Origin: Macrostomum lignano
Taxonomy: Eukaryota
Length of the DNA: 44,332 bases
Assembly (NCBI GenBank): GCA_002269645.1
Contig: NIVC01004490.1
Coordinates: 1 to 44,332, forward strand
Direction of reading: 5' to 3'
Both the position numbers and the translations under genes were made by a program. The notes under the pieces are model-generated. The model was given only the letters and a program-made list of their open reading frames with translations. It did not search any database and was not told the origin of the DNA. This document shows positions 10,601-21,500 of this stretch, one piece after another; position 1 is the first letter of the stretch, and each line of letters begins with the position of its first letter.

Positions 10601-12154
10601 TCGGCCTCCCCAATCTCCAGCCGGTGAATTGAGAATCGGTGAAATTCCCATTTTGCAGCTGAAATGAACGGTTAGAATTCATGCTAGTTGAAATTATAAC
10701 TTCACTCTAAACTGTAACCCTTCATTCCCTTACCCATGCTTGAAGAGTCACTTGACTCAACTCACTGCTCACTGCAACGCAGCGGACAGTCGGGTAGTTC
10801 CCTTCGGTTGCTGTCCCGCCCGCCCCCGCGGCTACAGAGTTCCAATTTTGGAGCTGTTCTCACTCTTATCCCAAGCCCACTCTCTCCCTCTGTTCTCCAC
10901 TCGCGGTTAGAAACCAATCAATAACTATACCACATTCGCGCTTTGCACACACACGAGAGCTTAGCAACTCCCTAGTTTCAGTATTCACACTGGCATTCCA
11001 AATGCAATGCATTTCAAACTCTTTTTTGGGCCAATTTTTTTCTGGCAAAATCGAAAAAATATTCTATAATTGCTTCTTTTTTAAACTCTTAGTCTAGTGC
11101 AGTGTTTCAGTTACAGTTATATTATCAACTATATAGCGTTTTTTTCTTTTAACTTATGCCAAATATTTTGTAAAATGACTGTAGCAATATTATTAGAAAC
11201 AGCTCTTGGGTGTGGCGGTGGCAGTAACAAGTTGACAGGTTCTATGCAATGGACGGATTCGTACAGTTCGCCTGCACCAATAATATCCGGATTTGCGAGC
11301 GCCACCCACGTGTGTGCGGATTATGTTCACCTCAGGCTTAGTAAAATGCAATAACAGGATTCGATATAAACAGTAAATATTTTTGTTCATCCCATTCCTA
11401 CTGAAGCATTTTTTTTATTATTCAGTTCTTATCTTTAACTGACTACTACTGGTCAGTAGTGCAAGTCATTATTCTCTGTAAGCAAAATTATATTTAACTA
11501 ATTCATTAAACCAATCCATTATAACCAAGGCCCTGTTTGTGCTGTGCTGCGTGTTCACTGGTTGCTTCTTCTGCCTCTGCTGCTGTTGTTGCTGCAATTT
11601 CTGCTGCGGCAAATGCGCCCCGAGGGATGACGAACAAGAGTCCGAAGCTGATGCCTTCATGGTGAGAGCAAAGTTTACTGATGATGGAGACTGTGGGCCG
11701 TGGTCACACAGTAGACAGTGTCACACAGTAGACAGTGTCACACAGTAGACAGTGTCACACAGTAGACAGTGTCACACAGTAGACAGTGTCACACTGTAGA
11801 CAGTGTCACACAGTAGACAGTGTCACACAGTAGACAGTGTCACACAGTAGACAGTGTCACACAGTAGACAGTGTCACACAGTAGACAGTGTGCCACAGTA
11901 GACAGTGTCACAGTAGACAGTGTCACACTGTAGACAGTGTGCCACAGTAGACAGTGTCACAGTAGACAGTGTGTCAGTAGACAGTATTACACAGTGGGCC
12001 AATGTCACACAATACTCCCCAAACTCCAAATTCCCAGTCGGGAGACTCCAGTGCCAAGGACGGGCCCATCACATCGCAGCCGAAGTCGGCAACAGAGCAG
12101 ACTTCGTTGAAACAGGAGCAGCCACCAGACTACAGTGCCAGCAATGGCAACTGA
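7619..12154 (+). CDS. DNAJC5: Cysteine string protein (DnaJ subfamily C member 5), 193 aa; exons 7619-7662, 8626-8707, 8799-8852, 9077-9229, 11530-11661, 12038-12154
   Basis: Spliced product [140 protein letters not shown].. contains a J-domain with HPD, the CSP linker (YDKYGS.GL...QFGE.NV..YF) and the cysteine string. All introns are GT-AG and phases are consistent (582 nt total). Confidence 0.96.
7753..7900. mobile_element. Degenerate MITE-like element in DNAJC5 intron 1
   Basis: Left end TA|CACTCAGCAACAGTCAAACCGCCACC is the imperfect reverse complement of GGTGGCAGTTTTGAATGTTGCTAAAT|A at ~7875-7901. Confidence 0.45.
9305..10640 (+). repeat. Intronic minisatellite, 54/55-bp unit CCTCCCCAATCTCCAGCCGGTGAATTCCCTCTCAGATTCCCCATTGAGAATCGG, ~24 copies (DNAJC5 intron 4)
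   Basis: Near-perfect tandem units starting ~75 nt after the donor at 9230. Source of the repetitive ORFs at 9443-10682. Confidence 0.98.
11703..12010 (+). repeat. Intronic minisatellite, 17-bp unit CAGTAGACAGTGTCACA (DNAJC5 intron 5)
   Basis: ~17 copies between the donor at 11662 and the acceptor at 12037. Confidence 0.96.
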
Positions 12155-12320
12155 GCGCAGTGCTAGGCCGGCCGGTTTCCATTTCAAATATTCTTTGACT
12201 CGTCTTCCATCCCAGTTGCGTAAATTTGTCAAACTTGCGGTTGATTTATTTTTTTAACAAATTATTTTTTTGCGGCACGAAATTTACACAATTTCCTAAA
12301 CGGAACAGCTGCGGGTGGCC

Positions 12321-12610
12321 ATGATTTTTAAAGAAAATCAGTTGCAGACTACTACTGAACTACCAATAGTAGCGAGCTATGATTTTAAAAGAAAATCAGT
12401 TGCAGACTACTACTGAACTACCAATAGTAGTGAGCTATGATTTTAAAAGAAAATCAGTTACAGACTACTACTGAACTACCAATAGTAGCGAGCTATGATT
12501 TTAAAAGAAAATCAGTTGCAGACTACTACTGAACTACCAATAGTAGTGAGCTATGATTTTAAAAGAAAATCAGTTACAGACTACTACTGAACTGCTAATA
12601 GTAGCGAGCT
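12321..12610 (+). repeat. 58-bp unit x5 in the probable DNAJC5 3'UTR
   Basis: Units start at 12321, 12379, 12437 and onward. Immediately followed by AATAAA at 12611. Confidence 0.93.
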
Positions 12611-12616
12611 AATAAA
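12611..12616 (+). terminator. Candidate AATAAA polyadenylation signal for DNAJC5
   Basis: First AATAAA I found after the stop at 12152-12154. Confidence 0.45.
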
Positions 12617-13230
12617 AATCGTTCGGTTCCCATTCTTCCAATTTCTATTAATATGCATGTTTTTAATCCGACGCTGCCTCTACCCTTCCCCAGACACAAT
12701 TTTGTGCCTCGCAAATTTAATTTAGATTTGTTCGAGAAAGTTAATAAATATATTTATATATACTTATCTATCCATACATATGTTTGTATATGCTATTTAA
12801 GAAACTGCGACAACAATTCTTATAATTATTTACAAGCTGATTGACAGGCCCGACTGCTTCCTATGATTTTTGTTTGCCTTCTTTTGGTTGTGGATAAAAA
12901 TAGCCTTCCATCAATGCCTACCAGTCGTACATTCCAACTGTGTGCAACTGCTATTCCGTTTATTCCATTATTTTTTGTTATTGATTTTTTTCCAAAATGT
13001 TGAGTAGACTCTTGCAAGGCTGCTGCCGCTGGTGTAGGACATTCGGTTTGAATCAGAGAGTTATTAGGGTTTTCCGGGCAAAGTTGTATTACTTTTTTGT
13101 TGGATCTGAAGAGATTCAACACCTGATCTTCTCCGTGCTTCCCATCTGGTTGAGGGCTTCTAATGCTCTTATTCTGTCTTGTGTCTATTTTTTGTTTTTA
13201 GCCGTATGCTTCTGCTTATATAGAAAAGGT

Positions 13231-13391
13231 CTAATATAAATATATGACATCAGTTGTAAGCTGGAATAACAGAATTACTCCGGCTTTTAGAGTGCTGCGG
13301 TTTTTTGCCCGAGTGTCTTGAATTAATAGATTGCTGTGTATTGCTCCATTGTTGGTTTTTGCTGTGGCCTCTTTCTGCTTTTTATCTAACA
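13231..13391 (-). CDS. Candidate alternative terminal exon (phase 1; VLDKKQKEATAKTNNGAIHSNLLIQDTRAKNRSTLKAGVILLFQLTTDVIYLY*), probably of the Kv3 gene
   Basis: atctcctAG acceptor at 13393-13392 at the end of a tandem array. 53-codon frame open in phase 1, matching the Kv3 tail donors. No transcript evidence. Confidence 0.3.
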
Positions 13392-13394
13392 CTA

Positions 13395-14105
13395 GGAGAT
13401 GTTGATCTAGCACGCCTGGGGATGCTGATCTAGCACGCCTGGGGATGCTGATCTAGCACGCCTGGGGATGCTGATCTAGCACGCCTGGGGATGCTGATCT
13501 AGCACGCCTGGGGATGCTGATCTAGCACGCCTGGGGATGCTGATCTAGCACGCCTGGGGATGCTGATCTAGCACGCCTGGGGATGCTGATCTAGCACGCC
13601 TGGGGATGCTGATCTAGCACGCCTGGGGATGCTGATCTAGCACGCCTGGGGATGCTGATCTAGCACGCCTGGGGATGCTGATCTAGCACGCCTGGGGATG
13701 CTGATCTAGCACGCCTGGGGATCCTGATCTAGCACGCCTGGGGATGCTGATCTAGCACGCCTGGGGATGCTGATCTAGCACGCCTGGGGATGCTGATCTA
13801 GCACACCTGGGGATGCTGATCTAGCACACCTGGGGATGCTGATCTAGCACGCCTGGGGATGCTAATCTAGCACGCCTGGGGATGCTGATCTAGCACACCT
13901 GGGGATGCTGATCTAGCACACCTGGGGATGCTGATCTAGCACGCCTGGGGATGCTAATCTAGCACGCCTGGGGATGCTGATCTAGCACACCTGGGGATGC
14001 TGATCTAGCACGCCTGGGGATGCTGATCTAGCACACCTGGGGATGCTGATCTAGCACACCTGGGGATGCTGATCTAGCACACCTAAGGATGCTGATCTAA
14101 ATGTA
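13395..14105. repeat. Minisatellite, 23-bp unit GGGGATGCTGATCTAGCACGCCT, ~30 copies
   Basis: Near-perfect tandem array. Confidence 0.98.
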
Positions 14106-14271
14106 AACACCTAGAGATGTACTGATCTGGCACACCCGGAGTCTGGAGATGTCCATCACTATACTAAAATGGTTTTTCTTTATCAATCTCTATCTAGGTA
14201 AGGTATATATCTGATAGATTTTAGAAAAAAAACGGATTATCATGAAATTCATGAAAGAAATCATGAAAGAC

Positions 14272-14565
14272 GGGGGAATTGCTGAGATGTCGGGGCTTAC
14301 AGGGGAATTGCTGAGATGTCGAGGCTTACAGGGGAATTGCTGAGATGTCGGGGCTTACAGGGGAATTGCTGAGATGTCGAGGCTGACGGGGCAATTGCTG
14401 AGATGTCGAGGCTGACGGGGGAATTGCTGAGATGTCGAGGCTGACGGGGGAATTGCTAAGATGTCGAGGCTGACGGGGGAATTGCCGAGATGTCGAGGCT
14501 GACGGGGGAATTGCCGAGATGTCGAGGCTGACGGGGGAATTTCTGAGATGTCGAGGCTGAGAGGC
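14272..14565. repeat. Minisatellite, 29-bp unit GGGGGAATTGCTGAGATGTCGAGGCTGAC, ~10 copies
   Basis: Tandem units with a gradient of variants. Confidence 0.95.
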
Positions 14566-15467
14566 ATGAAGCTACATGTAATTCAAAAAAATTATTCCAT
14601 TCTTTGTTGTTTCGCAACTGGGGCCGCCGATTGCTAGTACTGATCTATACAAAACAGCTAAAAGATGCTGATAGTCCAATGCACCTATGTTTCATAAGAG
14701 CTATATATAAACACAAATTTACATTCAATAGAAGATCCAGTACACAGAACATTGAGCACTGCAAATGGAACCTTATCAAAACTTAATCACCGTAAGAATT
14801 GCAGTTGTCCCTGTATTTGCACATGTACAAGTCTTGTATTAATCAACTGGGCATGCAAGTGTTGGACACGCGATTTTATAAACCGAAAATAGAACTTCTA
14901 ATGAATAATAAAAAACAACTTCTGACAGCGGCTGTTACTGGGTTACATAGCGATTTGTTAACATTCATGAATCAGATGACAAGCAAATGGCGTTTTTGAC
15001 ATCGTCAGGAAAAGAGAAAAATACTTGGTTTCTGTCTTGTCTTAGGGAAGCGGTTTGCGTTGGACAATTAAAGTACAATATTGGCCGCTGTCAATGACCA
15101 GGATACTCCATGACCAATGAATTTCTAATGGGATAATTCATAACACATAAGCCCATAATCGCATTTGTGGATTATCAATTGTTAGCAGAGTTTTTCGTAA
15201 GTTCACTGCTTATTTATCTGGACAACTAAGATGGGAATTACTGGTGAAATTTTGCAGTAAAATAACCCTAAGCGCGGCTCGGGAAGGGTTTGTTTGGAGT
15301 TGGTTGTTGGTTTGGTTGTTTGGCTCTGCTACTCAATTTCCCCCTTTCGATATTGATTCCAACGTATTTTCCATCAAATTTCTGCAAAATAGCAATGCTT
15401 GCATGTGCTGTACAACTCGAATTAAAAGTACATTTCAAAGTGCAGTACAATGTCTAGGACAAAGAAA

Positions 15468-15646
15468 TTATTCACGTCTGCCTAGCGACGACACCAGCTG
15501 CCCAACAATGAACGACTTGCGCCGTCGGGTTCTGCCGCCAGCAGCAGGCGCCGCCGCCGCTCCGGCAGCTGACCTCCGCAGCGCCAAGCTGGAGTGCCGG
15601 CCACTGGCTGCAGTCTGCTGGCCGGCGGTGGCCCAGCTGACCGCGT
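15468..15646 (-). CDS. Candidate downstream or alternative terminal exon of the Kv3 gene (phase 1; DAVSWATAGQQTAASGRHSSLALRRSAAGAAAAPAAGGRTRRRKSFIVGQLVSSLGRRE*)
   Basis: Strong cattttcAG acceptor at 15648-15647. GC-rich island bounded by the acceptor and the TAA at 15470-15468. All three frames are largely open, so the frame is inferred. Confidence 0.5.
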
Positions 15647-15769
15647 CTGAAAATGTGCGAATATACAAAAGACTTAAGTTAGTCTCTACGAGAATGGGTT
15701 GAAAATCAAAATTTTTATTTTTCTCTACCATATAAAACGAAAGTTCTTTTTAAATCCTTAACTATTCCT

Positions 15770-16070
15770 GTCCTAATTGGCTGGTATTAATTTAAGCCCT
15801 CTACCCCTTTCTACTGCGTACATTTTATTAAGCCACGGCCCCAAAAAATTTCTATCCCTTCCTTCGCGCTGATTGGCTGGTTCTTATTGAACCTCTGCCC
15901 TATTTTGTGTACTACACTTCTGTCTCGCTACGCCCCCATAAAATATTTCTGCCCTCAATTGAATCGCGCTGATTGGCTGGTTTTTATTATTGGCTGTTTA
16001 AGTACTTTATCTCTAGCACTCCCCGTTAAATTTTCTGGCCCATTGCTAAGCGCCGATTGGCTGGCTCTTA
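15770..16070. promoter_or_regulatory. Cluster of CCAAT-box-like motifs (ATTGGCTG x5, two as CGCGCTGATTGGCTGG)
   Basis: Motif at ~15776, 15872, 15971, 15989 and 16056. Matches the NF-Y-type CCAAT consensus on the - strand. Confidence 0.4.
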
Positions 16071-17091
16071 ATTGACTATTCGGCCCCTGTGCTCTAGATT
16101 TGAAATGTTTATCAACTGGCATGTGTGGTTCATACTCTTATAAGTAAAAATGCGTACATTGCATACAAATAACGCAACATAAAACAATAATATTGATACA
16201 CAATTGTTTTACAAGTAAACACAATAACACATGGATCGGGCCAAACCTTGCACAACGAATCTGGCACGAATGTACATGCAAGTTTCAAATTGAAAAATTA
16301 TGCACGTTATGCACGCGCCTCGCTACTCGCGACGCGGCTATAGTTAGTAGTATACAGTTAGAAATCGGACTGTCATGCAGCTGATAGATTCTGCACACGA
16401 TTTTATAGCAGCAGACCGAATATTTCTGCACCGATGACGGAAGCTGGGATGCAAATTCAATTTGCCAACACTTTGTTGGCCCGCGTGCAGGGCCGCTGCT
16501 TGTGGGTAGCAGCAGCAGCTCAGTGGCTGCCAGCTCTGCAAGCGACGCGACAAAATGTTTGCTGTTCTGCAATTTTATCTAAACAAGATTAATACGAGTT
16601 TCTACCGCTGTCTCGGGCGAATCCAGCGACTGCTTCTGTGCTCAGTTAATAAACACTTCTGCAGCTGCTGCACAGCTGGCTAAACTGCGCGTTTTGCGGC
16701 AGCTCTATTAAATGTTATTTTCGAATTCCGCTGTTTATTCCGCGCAAGCAGAGTGCAGGTGCGCAGAAACCAGTTATAGCTAAAAAAAGCTCAGATTCCT
16801 TGCTTTTAGGTGCACAGTCGAGTTCTGTTGCAGCGTGTCTGCTTCCGCAGACATAATTGCTGGACAAATACTTTATTTAGGTTAGCGGAATAGAAAATTG
16901 AAATTTAGCATGCCTTTAGCTCCATAGATTGTTCTCACACGGGATGCATCCTTGAGGCGCAATTACACATGAATCTGAGTGCCTAGAATAAATTTGATAA
17001 TCGGTAAATTAAAAGGAAATGAGAAGAAATTAAAAACAACTTAGTAGGTAACAAAATCCTTGCGGCAAAGTGCTCTGTTCTCTCACATCCC

Positions 17092-18455
17092 AGATACCAG
17101 ATCCCATATCCCAGATCCCAGATCCCAGATTCCAGATCCTAGATCCCAGATCCTAGATCCCAGATCCTAGATCCCAGATCCTAGATCCCAGATCCTAGAT
17201 CCCAGATCCTAGATCCCAGATCCTAGATCCCAGATCCTAGATCCCAGATCCTAGATCCCAGATCCCAGATCCTAGATCTCAGATCCTAGATCCTAGATCC
17301 CAGATCCTAGATCCTAGATCCCAGAACCTAGATCCCAGATCCTAGATCTCAGATCCTAGATCCCAGATCCTAGATCCCAGATCCTAGATCCCAGATCCTA
17401 GATCCCAGATCCTAGATCCCAGATCCTAGATCCCAGATCCTAGATCCCAGATCCTAGATCTCAGGTCCTAGATCCCAGATCCTAGATCCTAGATCCCAGA
17501 TCCTAGATCTCAGATCCTAGATCCCAGATCCCAGATCCTAGATCCTAGATCCCAGATCCTAGATCCCAGATCCTAGATCCCAGATCCTAGATCCCAGATC
17601 CTAGATCTCAGATCCTAGATCCCAGATCCTAGATCTCAGATCCTAGATCCCAGATCCTAGATCCCAGATCCCAGATCCTAGATCTCAGATCCTAGATCCT
17701 AGATCCCAGATCCTAGATCCTAGATCCCAGAACCTAGATCCCAGATCCTAGATCTCAGATCCTAGATCCCAGATCCTAGATCCCAGATCCTAGATCCCAG
17801 ATCCTAGATCCCAGATCCTAGATCCCAGATCCTAGATCCCAGATCCTAGATCCCAGATCCTAGATCCTAGATCCCAGATCCTAGATCCTAGATCCCAGAA
17901 CCTAGATCCCAGATCCTAGATCCCAGATCCTAGATCCCAGATCCTAGATCCTAGATCCTAGATCCCAGATCCTAGATCCTAGATCCCAGATCCTAGATCT
18001 CAGATCCTAGATCCCAGATCCCAGATCTTAGATCCTAGATCCCAGATCCTAGATCCCAGATCCTAGATCCCAGATCCCAAATCCCAGATCCTAGATCCCA
18101 GATCCTAGATCCCAGATCCTAGATCCCAGATCCTAGATCCTAGATCCCAGATCCCAGATCCTAGATCCTAGATCCCAGATCCCAGATCCCAGATCCCAGA
18201 TCCCAGATCCCAGATCCCAGATCCCAGATCCCAGATCCCAGATCCCAGATTCCAGATCCTAGATCTCAGATCCTAGATCCCAGATCCCAGATCCCAGATC
18301 CCAGATCCCAGATCCCAGATCCCAGATCCCAGATCCTAGATCCCAGATCCTAGATCCCAGATCCTAGATCTCAGATCCTAGATCCCAGATCCTAGATCCC
18401 AGATCCCAGATCCTAGATCTCAGATCCTAGATCCCAGATCCTAGATCCCAGATCC
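17092..18455. repeat. 7-bp satellite (AGATCCC / AGATCCT / AGATCTC), ~195 copies
   Basis: Continuous 7-bp register. The rare variant GAAC recurs at 17324, 17730 and 17898 (58 and 24 units apart). Confidence 0.98.
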
Positions 18456-18553
18456 CACGGGAGATAGCAAGCATTGCAGTGCTCAATACTGTGAGGCAGT
18501 GCTCGGCCAGTGTGGTGAGACCTGTGCTCACCCAACACCATCTCGCGCCAGCA

Positions 18554-21500
18554 TCACAGCAACTCATCCTCGGCGCCTGCGAGCGGCACCTTCAGGCTGT
18601 CCTCAGATGAGCCACCGCTGCCAGCTTCTTCGACTTCGAAGGGCGACAACTTCGCTTTCGCTTGCGCCGACGCGGCCGATACCAACGAGGTGAGCTGGTC
18701 CTCCTCCGCTTCCTGCTCCGCTGTCAGCTGAAACATGCATTTCAACAAAGTCGGAAGTTTTGTTGAAATATTTGATACGATTTCGTGAGAATTGCCTGCA
18801 GTGACAACTGCCTGGAGTGACAACTGCCTGCAGTGACAACTGCCTGGAGTGACAACTGCCTGCAGTGACAACTGCCTGGAGTGACAACTGCCTGCAGTGA
18901 CAACTGCCTGCAGTGACAACTGCCTGGAGTGACAACTGCCTGCAGTGACAACTGCCTGGAGTGACAACTGCCTGCAGTGAGAACTGCCTGCAGTGACATC
19001 TGCCTGCAGTGACATCTGCCTGCAGTGACACCTGCCTGCAGTGACAACTGCCTGCAGTGACAACTGCCTGCAGTGACAACTGCCTGGAGTGACATCTGCC
19101 TGCAGTGACATCTGCCTGCAGTGACATCTGCCTGCAGTGACACCTGCCTGCAGCTCGGGTCCTCTAGCACAAAGACAGTTCCACACCAACCTGACTGTGC
19201 TGGGGGGAGCCCTCCGGTATGGTTGCGATGAGCCGCCTTGACGCGCCGCCAAAACCGCCCCCGCCGCTGAAGCCGCCGACTTTTCCGCCGCTGCTGCCAC
19301 TGCGAGCTCGAATGCCGAGTTCTGGTGCTGAATAATTCGCCACTTTTACTGAATTCCGAGCAAATTCCAGCATCTTGATACAATAGTAAAACTCAGGTTT
19401 AATAGGACAAAGTGCATGTGAATTCTGATGTACATGTACACTGATGCAGCCACGCTGTAGATGTATACTGAGACAATGTACACTGATGCAAGCACGCTGC
19501 TGTATATGTACACTGAGACAATGTACACTGATGCGAGCTCGCTGCTGTATATGTACACTGAGACAATGTACACTGACGCAAGCTCGCTGTATATGTACAC
19601 TGAGACAATGTACACTGATGCAGCCACGCTGTAGATGTATACTGAGACAATGTACACTGATGCAAGCACGCTGCTGTATATGTACACTGAGACAATGTAC
19701 ACTGATGCGAGCTCGCTGCTGTATATGTACACTGAGACAATGTACACTGACGCAAGCTCGCTGTATATGTACACTGAGACAATGTACACTGATGCGAGCT
19801 CGCTGCTGTATATGTACACTGAGACAATGTACACTGATGCAAGCTCGCTGTATATGTACACTGAGACAATGTACACTGATGCGAGCTCGCTGCTGTATAT
19901 GTACACTGAGACAATGTACACTGATGCAAGCTCGCTGTATATGTACACTGAGACAATGTACACTGATGCGAGCTCGCTGCTGTATATGTACACTGAGACA
20001 ATGTACACTGATGCGAGCTCGCTGCTGTATATGTACACTGAGACAATGTACACTGATGCGAGCTCGCTGCTGTATATGTACACTGAGACAATGTACACTG
20101 ATGCGAGCTCGCTGCTGTATATGTACACTGAGACAATGTACACTGATGCAAGCTCGCTGATGTATATGTACACTGAGACAATGTACACTGATGCAAGCTC
20201 GCTGATGTATATGTACACTGAGACAATGTACACTGATGCAAGCTCGCTGATGTATATGTACACTGAGACAATGTACACTGATGCAAGCACGCAAAGTGCG
20301 CCGTGACTCATAAGCCTCTACAATAATAAAAGTTTTACGTAAATCTACCCAAGCCATCTTCAGTGCAAATAATTTCCAAATGGCGACTTCAATTAGCAAA
20401 AACAGCACTGAGTTGACCCTTAATTTCTCGATCAGTTTAGCTTTAAAAAGACGTTTAGCTAAAACTAAGGGAGATCGACAGAGAGAGCATCGCAGTAGCA
20501 GCATTAATAATGCAACAGACCGCATTGCCGATGCGTGCGACCCTGGGGAGGGATGGACAGGCGGGCGGGAATAAAACTGGAGTCCCCGCTGGACTCTCAA
20601 TTATTTACAAATTAGCCCGATCCTTTTTGGACCAGCAATAGTGACTTTTATAGTAAAGTATGAGCTTGACTAATCGAATGAGTAAAACAAAGTTTTTGAC
20701 TCTGCACCGATCCTTGACCTAGGCACTGGGCCAGCCGACTAGAGCTTTATCTGGTGCACTACCAGTTCTTTTTTGATTTTTTGTGTGACAGATTGCGATA
20801 ATATATGGGACAGAAACAGAGCATTCTTTGGTGCTTTTCAGTGAAAATTGGTGATAAACAGAGTGTCTATGGCCCAGACTGTCATACTGACTTAATCAAT
20901 CGGGAACTGTCTATGGCCCAGACTGTCATACAGACTTAATCAATCGGGAACAGTCTATGGCTCAGACTGTCATACAGAATTAAATCAATCGGGAACAGTC
21001 TATGGCCCAGACTGTCATACAGACTTAAATCAATCGGGAACTATCTATGGCCCAGACTGTCATACAGACTTAAATCAATCGGGAACTATCTATGGCTCAG
21101 ACTGTCATACAGACTTAATCAATCGGGAACTATCTATGGCCCAGACTGTCATACAGACTTAAATCAATCGGGAACTGTCTATGGCACAGACTGTCACACA
21201 GACTTAAATCGATCGGGAACTATCTATGGCCCAGACTGTCATACAGACTTAAATCAATCGGGAACTGTCTATGGCCCAGACTGTCACACAGACTTAAATC
21301 AATCGGGAACTATCTATGGCCCAGACTGTCATACAGACTTAAATCAATCGGGAACTGTCTATGGCCCAGACTGTCACACAGACTTAAATCAATCGGGAAC
21401 TATCTATGGCCCAGACTGTCATACAGACTTAAATCAATCGGGAACTGTCTATGGCCCAGATTGTCACACAGACAGTAATCAATAGGTAGAAGCCACCTTT

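Noticed and set aside
9443-10682. Long repetitive ORFs on both strands (100-220 aa)
   Set aside because: They are translations of the 54-bp intronic array in several frames, inside a well-supported DNAJC5 intron.
12826-13239. ORFs in the AT-rich segment as a retroelement fragment
   Set aside because: No RT, endonuclease or integrase motif recognised.
15508-15702. + strand ORF MNDLRRRVLPP.. and the + strand donor-like GAG|GTGAGC at ~18691
   Set aside because: No coherent + strand exon chain. The - strand has consistently stronger splice sites and continuity with Kv3.
17092-18455. Telomeric or interstitial telomere repeat
   Set aside because: The unit is 7 bp (AGATCCY), not TTAGGG-like.
18554-19383. 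ORFs of 174-248 aa running through the 16-bp array ([15 protein letters not shown] repeats)
   Set aside because: They are explained by read-through of intron 18728-19190. The 248-aa ORF uses a different frame of exon 19327 that no upstream donor supports.
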